Source: Rebecca billardiae RCC1528 (lineage: Eukaryota > Protista > Haptophyta). Taken from it: a stretch of 64,000 nt of DNA. The stretch covers positions 3,162,001 to 3,226,000 of the forward strand of contig OZ251226.1 in NCBI GenBank assembly GCA_965240325.2, written 5' to 3'. A model generated the notes under the pieces. That model was not told the origin of the DNA. It did no database searches and was given only the letters and a program-made list of their open reading frames with translations. Below are positions 45,701 to 55,106 of this stretch, one piece after another. A program made the position numbers and the translations under genes. Numbering within the stretch: the first letter of the stretch is position 1; each line of letters begins with the position of its first letter.

Positions 45701-46134
45701 AGCCCAGGGGCGCGTGCGGCGGGATGGGGATGGGCGGCGGGGCGGGGCCCGCGGCTGGCGGCGGCATGCCCATGCGGCCTCAGGGCGGCTGCATGCAACC
45801 GCCGCCAGCGCAGCCGCAGCAGCAGATGGGCGCGCGCCCGATCGGAGCGGCTCTGAGCGGCAGCTCCTCCCTCGCCGGGCTCGACCCACTCGCCATGCTC
45901 GGCCAGCCGTCGCAGCAGCCGAGGCCAACGCTGGCGCCGCCGCCGCCGGCCGGGCAGGCTGGCGGCATGGGCGGCATGGGTGGCATGGGGATGGCGCCCC
46001 AGCTCGCGCCGCCGCCTGGCGGCGCACCGATGCAGCCGCCGCCCATGGGCGGAGCGCCGCAGATGCCCGCGCCCGGCAGCGCGGGCACGAATAAGCTGGG
46101 CGCCAAGCGCACGGACGACTGGGACGCGTGGTAG
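42798..46134 (+). CDS. SCYL1: SCY1-like pseudokinase with HEAT repeats (SCYL1/NTKL/Cex1). Exons 42798-42911, 43043-44957, 45084-45319, 45427-46134
   Basis: DGSPVSIFVF...ARNALKRCKTIKHPYIVRF, LYIVTEPI, IFVNKAGDWKLSGLE, LFANNDRAMR, IRTNTTICLGKI, FSRALLDPFPPAR, C-terminal KLGAKR..DDWDAW. Intron 1 is GC-AG. Confidence 0.93.
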
Positions 46135-46401
46135 TATTATCAGGCGCAGCGGCAGGCTGGCCAACCCTGCTGGGCCGCGCCTAGCCCCTACTTTCTGCAT
46201 AGACCTCCGGCGCCGTGCGGCCGTGGAATCGCCGCCCACGTTACTATGCGCTGGCCTTCGGCTTCGGTCTGCAAGTATATCCATACACGTACAGTATCGG
46301 GGGGTATTGCAACCGAAAAGGCGCGAACGGCGCCTTCTCGAGTCTCGACATCGCAATCGAATTCCGCCGCATAGCCCGCATTGGACCGAAGACGCGCGAG
46401 G

Positions 46402-47469
46402 ATGCTCGTCATCGCACGCACGCTGCTCGCGCTTGCGCTGCTTGCCGCATGCGCCGCTGGTGCCGCACCGACGCTCAGCCCGACCGCCTCTGGTGCTGCC
46501 GCGGCTAAGAGCCAGCTGCTATCCGCGCTCGGCGCGCGCGCAGTCGATCCGGTCCTCGCGAGCCCGGTGACCGGCGCGCCGCTTGCACGCGAGCGCACGG
46601 TGATCGGAGGACGGGTGTTCATTGCGTACCGCGAGGAGGGCGACGACGATGTGCGCGCGTATCGGGATAACGGCAACTACGTCGATCTCACCCCCGGCAG
46701 CGCCGAGCCGATGGCCTCGCCGCAGGAGCTGCTCAGCGCGCTCGCGCAGACGTTCTCGCCCGAGCAGTTTGGGCGCGAGTTCTTCCGCAACCCGTACATC
46801 TCCTTCCTGTACGAGCGCGGCTGGAGGCAGAGCTTCGACGCCAATGGGTTCCCCGGCATCGATCGCGAGTTCGAGGAGGTCCTCAAGTTCATCGGCCCCG
46901 TGGCGGACGGGGGCACCGTGCTCGACATGTCGTGTGGCTCTGGGCTGATGACGCGCCGCCTGGCGGGCTCGGGCCGGTTCGCACGCGTGATCGGCGCGGA
47001 CTACTCCGAGTCGATGCTGCAGGAGACGGCGCGTCGGTTCCGCGAGGGCGGCTCGCCGCCGCCCGACCTCGTGCGCTGCGACGTCGCGAAGCTGCCGATG
47101 CAGACTGGCTCGATCGATGCCGTGCACGCTGGCGCTGCGCTGCACTGCTGGCCAGACGTGGCCGCCGGCCTCGCCGAGATCCGGCGCGTGCTCAAGCCGG
47201 GCGGCGTCTTCTTCGCCACGACGTTCCTCACTTCAGCCACCATCAACGCGGGCACGCGCAACATCGGCGGCTCGGTCGGCCCCGGCTTCCGCTTCTTCGA
47301 GCTCGACGAGCTGCGCACGCTCTTCGAGGAGGCGGGCTTTGAGCCGCCGATCGACGCGCGGAAGGAAGGGCGTGCATGCGCGATCGTCAAGGCGGCCACG
47401 CCCGCGGCAGACTCAGCGAGCGGCGTGGCTGGCGGCGCGCCAGCCGCTGACGCTTCGGACGACCTGTAG
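46402..47469 (+). CDS. Class I SAM methyltransferase (Methyltransf_11/UbiE-like), similar to plant plastid/plastoglobule methyltransferases; signal peptide
   Basis: Signal MLVIARTLLALALLAACAAG; FRNPYISFLYERGWRQSF..GFPGIDREF; VLDMSCGSG; DYSESML; DAVHAGAALHCWP; RVLKPGGVF. Confidence 0.88.
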   Translation: MLVIARTLLALALLAACAAGAAPTLSPTASGAAAAKSQLLSALGARAVDPVLASPVTGAPLARERTVIGGRVFIAYREEGDDDVRAYRDNGNYVDLTPGSAEPMASPQELLSALAQTFSPEQFGREFFRNPYISFLYERGWRQSFDANGFPGIDREFEEVLKFIGPVADGGTVLDMSCGSGLMTRRLAGSGRFARVIGADYSESMLQETARRFREGGSPPPDLVRCDVAKLPMQTGSIDAVHAGAALHCWPDVAAGLAEIRRVLKPGGVFFATTFLTSATINAGTRNIGGSVGPGFRFFELDELRTLFEEAGFEPPIDARKEGRACAIVKAATPAADSASGVAGGAPAADASDDL

Positions 47470-47686
47470 GCAGCCACCGAGTACTGTCACACGCGTCGGT
47501 GGTCCAGCGACCAGCTATCAGCAGTTGAGACGTTCAGCTCACTACAGCATATCAGCCATCAGCACCTGCCCACTGACCAAGGGCGTATTAAAATACACTG
47601 ACGGCCACAAGGATCGAGATCCAGTGCAACATACACCAGCCGGGTGGAAAGCGGGCCGGCGGGTCGGGCATTTTCAACCGGTGGCC

Positions 47687-49372
47687 ATGGCGGACGGCCC
47701 CGAGGCGGAGCAGAAGGAAGTCGAGGCGGAAGCGCTGGATGATCACGCGGCCCCGGCTGCCGCCGGCACGTCGCGACTGCGCCCTGCCGTATGTGCGTGC
47801 TGCGTGTTTGCCGGCGTCGCGCTTGTTCCGTTGCTCATCGTCGCCCTCCAGCCGCGAGCACACGCTGCGCTCCCACCGGAGCCACCGCCGTCGCCGGGCA
47901 TGGCGGACGCGCACCACCGGGTGGTGAGCGTCCCGACGGGCGCGCGGCTGGCGTATGCCGAGCAGGCATGCGCTGGCCACTTCATCTCGCGGCTCATGCC
48001 TGCGCTCGACACGTGCCTCGAGCACGCGCGCGCGCTGTGCTACCGGTACGCCACGCACTCAGGCGGGAGCGAAGCAGGCGAGGGCATGTGCTTCGGCTGC
48101 ACAGGCGGGCACGTGCGGCGGCGCGTGCAGCAGGCGAAGTTTGACATCTTTGAGCTGGCTTCACTTCCGTCGAACTGCACCCATCGGCATCCGCCTCCGC
48201 CACCACTCCACGTGGGCACAGGCAGCGCGCCGCACCCACCGCCAGCGCGCGGCGTCGCACGCTCTGCGCCGCCTTCCCCCTCGCCCAAGATCGCCAAGTC
48301 GGATCGCGTGTCGGGCTGGCCGGCCGTCGACGAAGACGCCGTCTTTGGCGTCGAGTACCCCGGCTACGCGTGCGGCCGCGGCGTGCAGGACCTCGTCGCG
48401 GTCAACGTGCCGTCCGCGGGCGTGTGCCGCCAGCTGATTCTGCGCGAGCAAGGGGTGGGCGCCGCGCTGCAGGCGGGCACCCACTTCTCCTTCTCGCCCG
48501 TCCACCGAAACTGCATGCGCTGCTCGGCCGCGGCGGTGGGGCGGCGATTCGAGCAGCCCGCATACGATGTGTGGCGCGCGTTCATGAGCCCGCCCCCGCC
48601 GCTGCCTTCGCTCCCGCCTGCACCTCCGCCGCCGACGCCGCCGACACCGCCGCCACGCAGCGCGCCGCACGAGCCGCCACCGCCACCGAGCCCGCCGCCA
48701 CGCGCGCCGCCTAGCGCACCGCCGCCCTCGCCCGGCCACGGCATCGTGTACCCAGACTTCGCGTGCGGTGGGGAGCTGTGGGCCATGCACGGCACCGAGG
48801 GTGGCACGTTTGCCTTCGCCATGAACTCGGCCGCTGAGTGCGCACACCTTGCGCAGCGCGGCGACGCGACGAGCTACTTTGCTTACTCACGCTCCACCCG
48901 CTTCTGCTGGGGCTGCACAGCGGAGCAGCTCGCCAAGCGTGTGCCCAACGATCTGTACGACATCTACAGATCGGCCGCGTTCTCGGGGCACAGGCCGCGG
49001 CGCAGACGACCACCGCCGCCGAGCCCGCCGGGCAGCCCGCCGCCGCTGCCACCGCCACCGTCTGCCGCGGCGCCGCCACCCCTCATGCTCTCGCGCACGC
49101 TCGTGCACGACGGCTGGGCGTGCGGCGGCACGGTGTGGGGCATGGTGCTCGGCAACTCGGCTGGCGGCTTTCTGTGGGGCAAGTCGTCGCCGCGTGAGTG
49201 TGCGCGCACGATCCTTGCAGACGTGGGCGAGGCTCAGGCGCTGCCCTTCTTCGCGTGGTCGCCCACCACGCAGATCTGCTGGAGCTGCACGGAGGAGCAG
49301 ATGCGGCGGCGCGTGCGCGACGAGCTCTACTCCATCTACGCCGTGCAGCCGTTCGCCCATCCTGCCGGATGA
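47687..49372 (+). CDS. Type II membrane protein with four Cys-rich PAN/apple-like repeats separated by poly-Pro linkers
   Basis: ATG 47687 (MADGPE); TM CCVFAGVALVPLLIVAL; 4x pattern AC[GA]...C...CxxC...R...[YF][DS][IV][YFW]. Confidence 0.75.
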   Translation: MADGPEAEQKEVEAEALDDHAAPAAAGTSRLRPAVCACCVFAGVALVPLLIVALQPRAHAALPPEPPPSPGMADAHHRVVSVPTGARLAYAEQACAGHFISRLMPALDTCLEHARALCYRYATHSGGSEAGEGMCFGCTGGHVRRRVQQAKFDIFELASLPSNCTHRHPPPPPLHVGTGSAPHPPPARGVARSAPPSPSPKIAKSDRVSGWPAVDEDAVFGVEYPGYACGRGVQDLVAVNVPSAGVCRQLILREQGVGAALQAGTHFSFSPVHRNCMRCSAAAVGRRFEQPAYDVWRAFMSPPPPLPSLPPAPPPPTPPTPPPRSAPHEPPPPPSPPPRAPPSAPPPSPGHGIVYPDFACGGELWAMHGTEGGTFAFAMNSAAECAHLAQRGDATSYFAYSRSTRFCWGCTAEQLAKRVPNDLYDIYRSAAFSGHRPRRRRPPPPSPPGSPPPLPPPPSAAAPPPLMLSRTLVHDGWACGGTVWGMVLGNSAGGFLWGKSSPRECARTILADVGEAQALPFFAWSPTTQICWSCTEEQMRRRVRDELYSIYAVQPFAHPAG

Positions 49373-49537
49373 CCAGACGCCGCCTTGGTCCGCCGCAGCC
49401 GCGCGTTACGGCGCGGTGCGTGCACTAACAATAATGATGATCAAATAAGCGTCAGCCACCTGATAACGACGACGACCCCGGGCCTCAGAAGAGTCGGGCC
49501 GGTCTGCCTGTCAGAGTGTCAGGCCTCACCGTCAGGC

Positions 49538-50846
49538 TCAGGGCCGGCGGCCGCCACCGCGGCCGCCTCCTTGGCCTGGCAGGTTGCGCAGGACCGGCTC
49601 GGTCGCCTCCGCAGGCGGCTGCATGCCGTACTGCAGGTAGAGCGGCGCGAGCGGCACCGCCATCATCGCGTGCATCGCCTTCTGCTGAGCGCTGAAGCGC
49701 ATCGTCGCCGCGAAGCCAAAGTCGAGGCCGAGGCGGCCAGCCCAGCAGTCGAGGATGGCGATCGCCTGGTTGAGGTTCGCCTCGAGCAGGCTGTTCAGGT
49801 CGGCGTGCTCTCGGGCGTAGACCACCTTGAGCATCTCGCGCAGCTTCTTGGCCGTCGCCGCCGCCACGTCTGGCGCTGTCTGCGCGAGCGCCCACGCCTC
49901 GCCGCCTGGGGCGCCGCTGTCGGCCGCATCGGCGGCAGGCGCGGCCTGGGCGGCCGCTGCGCCGGCGCCGCCGGGCGCAGCACAGAAGAGCACGCGCGCC
50001 ACCTCCTCGCGCGCGAGGATGGGGCTGAGGCACGCGAGCGTGTCACGACAGACGCGGTGCGTCGCGTCGGAGAGGCTCGCGTCGCGCTGCACGCGCGGGC
50101 TCGCCCAGCCCTCCAGCTGCCCCTTGCTCGCGTCGAGGTACGAGAGCCACGCGTCAGGAGCGGAGCGGATGTACGCGGCGACGCGCCCGCCGTCCGCCTT
50201 GGAGAAGTTGACGCGGCCCGAGGAGCGCTGGCCGCGCCAGAGCACGCTCGAGACCCACTGCGCGCAGCCGATCACAATCTGCTGGCCGAAGCGCGCGGCG
50301 ACGCGCTCCGCATCCTCACGGAGCAGCGAGCGCACCGCTGCGTACAGCCCAGCAACCTCGGCCGCCGCGTACGGCGCGCTGCGGTCGAGGGCCTCGAGCG
50401 CCTTCAGCCGCGTCTGCAGGGGGAGCGACGCGTCCCCGATCGTCCTGGCCGCCTCGGCGCCCTGCGACTGCATGCGCTGCTTGAGCGAGGCGCACTCGGC
50501 CTTGTGCCCGTGCTTCCAGTTCCGCTTCTGGCACGCCGCACTGCAGTCTGCGAGCAGGCGCGCGCAGGGGAGGGCGGCGCGCGTGGGGCCACGGGCGCGC
50601 GCGCTCAGGAGCAGCAGCGCGCACCGCGCGGCGCGCACGCGCGCGCGCGCATGCGCGCGGCGGCGGAAGCGAGAAGGCTCACGCACATGCCATGGAGGCG
50701 CAGCCACCGCATCGTTTGCTCGCCCCGGGAGCGCCACACACGTCGCACTCGGGCTTCTCGGCGCGATGCACCGAGGCGGTGGCGATGGGGCTCATCCCAG
50801 AGGCGACATAGCGCGCGTTGACCTCATCCATGCTCGTCACCTCCAT
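49538..50846 (-). CDS. MYND-type zinc finger protein. Exons 50846-50687, 50547-49538
   Basis: Splicing 50548-50686 gives CDVCGAPGASKRCGGCASMAYCSAACQKRNWKHGHKAEC. Confidence 0.88.
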
Positions 50847-51042
50847 CGTCGCCGTCGTCGTCGGAAGCGCTGCAGAGCGCTTGCGCGGGCCGTGCCTTTC
50901 CCGCCGCCCGGTGCCGACAACCCACTGATGGTTACCCGTCGTGCGCCGAGCGAGCGCCCGCGCCGCGGCCGGTGGCATCAGGCAGACAGGCACCGGCCCG
51001 GGCGGGCGCTCGAGATTCGCTTGCTGCAGGCGTGCGGGCGCG

Positions 51043-53545
51043 ATGGGCCGCACCTCAGCGGCCGACTCGGGGGCTCGCCGCGAGCCCGAGGTGCGGCGTA
51101 TCTCAACAGATGACGCGTTCGCTCAGCGCGTCCACCTCCAGCTCGAAGAGGCGCGCGCATCAGGCCGGCAACGCAGGCTACGCGTGAGTGGTCCGCCCCT
51201 GGTCGTCGCAGTGCTCGCGCTTACGTGTGCGCTGCCGCTGCTGTGGTTGGTCGCCTCTTTGGACGAGGAGTGGCTCAGCTCGCCCATCTTCTGGAGCTCA
51301 CTCTTGCTCATCACCGCCGCGCTCCCGCTCATCCTCGTGTCTGTGCAGCCGGTCGATACTCGCGCGGTCATCGCAACAAGCGTCGTGAGTGCGATGTGGC
51401 TGCTCATATTCTCATCGGGTGCCGCGCTGACCATCATGTTCGACTTCAGCGTGTGGTGGCGCCTCCCAGCATGCGGCACGCTGGATCATCTCTATCTCGA
51501 GTTCACGCTCGAGGCGATTGGCTTTGTTGTCTATGGCGCTGGCGGCTGCCAGCTGATGCTGCTGCTGGCGCTCCGCTGCGTACGTGGCGCACGCGGCATC
51601 CCTGCTCCTCGCTTGCTCGGACGGACGTGGATGACGGTGGGCGTGTGTTACGTCTACTTCGCGCTGGCCCAGCTTATACTCTCCGCGTACATCTTCGCCG
51701 CGCTCTCGTTGCGCCGGAGCGGCGCGCTGATCGCCACGGTGCTGCTGAACGACGTGCACACCGCGTGCTGGGCAGCCTTTTTGCTCACGCCGCAAAGTCG
51801 GCAGCGCACGCACGCGTGGCTCGCTGAGCGGAGCGACGGGGTCTCGACTGCCGCGGGCGTCGCCGCGATCATCGGCGGCTCCACCCCGCAGGACGTCATC
51901 CGCGCCGGCCGGCGGCGCATGCGCGCCATCGTGCCATCCCAGCTCGAGCACATCCGTGCTGACAGCGACAGCGCCCATGGCCGCGATGGCAGTCAGAATG
52001 CCAAGAAGAAGGGCGGGGTTGGCGCCGCGGCACGGCCGCCGCGGGAGCACATCTTCGGCAAGAACGTACCCGGGGACAACCAGTGGTATCAGCGCACCGA
52101 GCCAGCCGACCTTGGCGGCGTGGACGCCTTTGTAAGGTGCGAGGCAGCGCAACACCCGGCACACGCCGCGTCCGCGAGCGCGCGCGGCCACCAAAGGCCA
52201 TGCGTAGCGGCCTCGCCACAGTGCTGTCATTGGTGGCTGCCTGCTCACAGTGACCCCGCCCGCACGTGCTTCATCCGCGCGCCACACGCGGCGCAGTCAC
52301 AGCTGGCACGACGAGCCCGACGACAAGTGGGCCGCGCTCCAGCAGTGGACGCGCACATTCCAGCGCACGCACGGCCGCGAGCCTCGACTCTGGATCGACC
52401 GGGCGTGTCTCGACCAGCACGCGATTCTTGAGGAGCTGACGCAGCTCCCCGTGTACCTGGCCGGGTGCAAGCAGCTGCTCATCCTCGCCGGCGGCACCTA
52501 CCAGCGAAGGCTCTGGTGCGTGGTCGAGCTCTTCATCTTTGTGCTGATGGGCGGGAAGGCAGTCGAGCTCGTTGTCCTCCCGTCCCTCGGCGGGGGCGAG
52601 TCGGACGCGGCGGCGGCTGAGCTGAGTGCGTTCAGGGCGGAGAGGTGCGACTGCTCCGTGCCCGCGGACTACGAGCGGCTGCTCGGCTGTGTCGAGGCGG
52701 CGTGCGGCTCGTTGCCTGCCTTTGACGAGCGTGCACGCGCGCTGCTCCTCTCCGCGCCCAAGTCTGAGCTGCGCGCCGGCGGGCTGCCGCCTCGACTGCA
52801 GATGCTGGCAGCGAACAGCGGAGGCGGCGGCGGCGCGAGGAGGCGCGAGGCGAGATGGCGCGCAACCCTCGGCCGCCCCGCCGCGTGCTGCTGTGTGCTC
52901 CTGGCCGTGTACGTGTGCGGCGTGGTCGCAGCCGTCGTGTGGTTCAGCCTGCCAGCGCTCGCGGCGTGCGACGCGTGCGACGCGCTGCTCGCGCGCACCG
53001 CGGTCGGCGAGCAGGGCTGGCACAGGAGTCCGGCCGAGCGCGGCGGGAATCTGGTGCTCTTCTCCTTCTCGGGCGCGGGCCTCGCGGGCGACGGCGTCGT
53101 CGCGCACGCCGAAGCGCAGCGGGAGTGTGCGGCGCGTGGGGCGCGGCTGGCGAGCGTGAGCACGCGCGCAGAAAACGAGCTTCTCGAATGCCTTCGGCGT
53201 GGCACGGCCACACGCTTCCCGGTTTGGATCGGGCTCTTGCGCAACCCTGGCGGCGATGACCGCGAGGCACCAGGCGCCTGGCGCTGGGCGGATCAAAAGC
53301 TCGCGCGGCCCGCCACGCCCGGCCACTTCTCCAACTGGGCACGGGGAGAGCCAGCAGACACGCGCACAGTGAACGCCTCGCTGCGCGAGGCCAACTGCGG
53401 CGCAATGGACGGCAAGGGTGAGTGGCTCTCCGTGCCGTGCGAGCCCGCTAACCGCGGTTCTGCACTGCCCCTGGCGTGGCTGTGCGAGCGACCTGCACGG
53501 CGACGGCGCCGGTCGTACTCATCTTCTATCTGGGCGGCATCGTAG
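51043..53545 (+). CDS. 780-aa receptor-like protein: ~6 TM, TIR-like domain, TM, C-type lectin domain. Exons 51043-52136, 52297-53545
   Basis: Intron 52137-52296 yields DAFVSHSWHD, followed by LWIDRACLDQ, LPVYLAGCKQLLILAGGTYQRRLWCVVE. TM CVLLAVYVCGVVAAVVWF. CTLD AEAQRECAARGARLASV...ENELL...VWIGL...WRWAD...FSNWARGEP...NCGAM...GEWLSVPC...WLCE. Confidence 0.85.
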
Positions 53546-54089
53546 ACTACGTGTGACTGCATGCTGCTCGCGGGGTGCACGACGTGGAAGACGTGCTGCA
53601 TGAACGCCTACCACGCCCGACTCGCCCGAGCAGACGAGCAGTCAGCAGGTGCCACATCGGCCCGAGCGTGGTCCGGTCGTCCAGTCCTACTGAGACTAGG
53701 ACATCTAGTCCGAGTTCGAACGCACGTCGACCGGATCTTACTGGACGACTTATATTCGATAGCTAGTAGCCGTAGCAGCGGCCCGCGCGGTACTTGGTAC
53801 GGACTACGATTCGGCGACGCCGGCGACGGCCCGCGGGCCGCGCTCGGGCAGTCGGGCTCTGGCCCTGGCCCGCTGGGCTCTGACTTCTCATTCTGAGTCT
53901 GGCCCCGCCGGTCCAGTGACACAGAGTCACTGCATGAGTACAGTGACGATGAGTACTCCTGTCTGAGTGTCGCTCCGTCACGGTCCGTGGTTGATCATGT
54001 CGGGACGAGTGAGCACTGACTCTGATGATTGCTTGCTTGCTCTGGCGCGCATGCGCGCACGCACGAGTAGTCGGACAATATCGGCTCGA

Positions 54090-54920
54090 TCAGAGCCAGA
54101 GCTGTGCGATCAGCTCAGCCGCGTCCATCTCAGCGCGCTCGGCATCGGTCATCGCAGAACGCTGCCTTTGCTCACGCTCATGATGCGCCCTCACCGCGCT
54201 CAGTAGCACGCGATCAGCGGCAGCGAGCTCCGTCTCCAGCGGCCTCGCGGCGCTTCCTACCGCGCCCGTCTCATCATGCAGCCGCAGGTCGAAGACCAGC
54301 GGGTACTGCAGCCGCGGGCCCGTCCCAGACTCGACGTCAATGTCGGCCGGGATGGGCAGTGCAACCAGCCCGGAGTCACGCAGCGCGTTGAGCAGGGCGC
54401 TGTCGTAGCCAAACGCGCCCCAGCGCCCGATTGTCTGCGAGAGCAGGCACACTGGCCGCGCAGGACATCGGCGCAGCAGCTGCGCGAGCAGCCTGCACGC
54501 TAGCATGGCGGTCTCCTCCGAGTAGACGAGCTCCGAGCCAATGTATGCGTCGAAGGGCGGCAGCTGGTCAAAGGCAGGGTGGCGCCAATCGAGCTCTGCC
54601 GTGGTGACACGAGCCCGGGCGTGGTCTGGAGTCACGGCCTCCACGATGCTTCTGAGGTTGTCCAGGGCGCCGCCTTCTCTCATCTCGCTCATGCACACGA
54701 GCTCGATGTCTGGGCGCACAGTCGCGAGCACGATGCCGACATACCCAGTGCCCGCGCCGAGCTCGAGGACGCGTGCGCCGCGGGGCAAGCGACGCACGGC
54801 ACACTCAAGTAGCGTATGCGCGGCAGGCCACACGCGCCGGCTGCAGTGGCCCGAACGATCCGGCATGCGCTGCAGGACGTCCGCCGCGACCGCGTCGAGG
54901 CCCTCCTCCATGGAGTCCAT
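54090..54920 (-). CDS. METTL21/EEF2KMT-like protein lysine methyltransferase (Methyltransf_16)
   Basis: RVWPAAHTL, RVLELGAGTG, AELDW, YIGSELVY. Confidence 0.85.
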   Translation of the reverse strand: MDSMEEGLDAVAADVLQRMPDRSGHCSRRVWPAAHTLLECAVRRLPRGARVLELGAGTGYVGIVLATVRPDIELVCMSEMREGGALDNLRSIVEAVTPDHARARVTTAELDWRHPAFDQLPPFDAYIGSELVYSEETAMLACRLLAQLLRRCPARPVCLLSQTIGRWGAFGYDSALLNALRDSGLVALPIPADIDVESGTGPRLQYPLVFDLRLHDETGAVGSAARPLETELAAADRVLLSAVRAHHEREQRQRSAMTDAERAEMDAAELIAQLWL

Positions 54921-55106
54921 GCCTGACGCCTTGGCCGGATGCACTGCTCTGCCGGCAAGCTCATGCGCGCGGCGCCCACCCGGACCGGAGGCACCGGGAC
55001 GGAACCAGTCCGGCGAGCGGCTTCGCCTCCGCACTTTCGGCGGTTCAGCAAAGGAAGGAGCAGGATGGCGGCAGCCCAGGCCTGAGCACAGGCGCCCTCT
55101 GCAACA

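Noticed and set aside
26322-53545. Functional link between QPRT (NAD synthesis) and the TIR protein
   Set aside because: They are 24 kb apart with many unrelated housekeeping genes between them.
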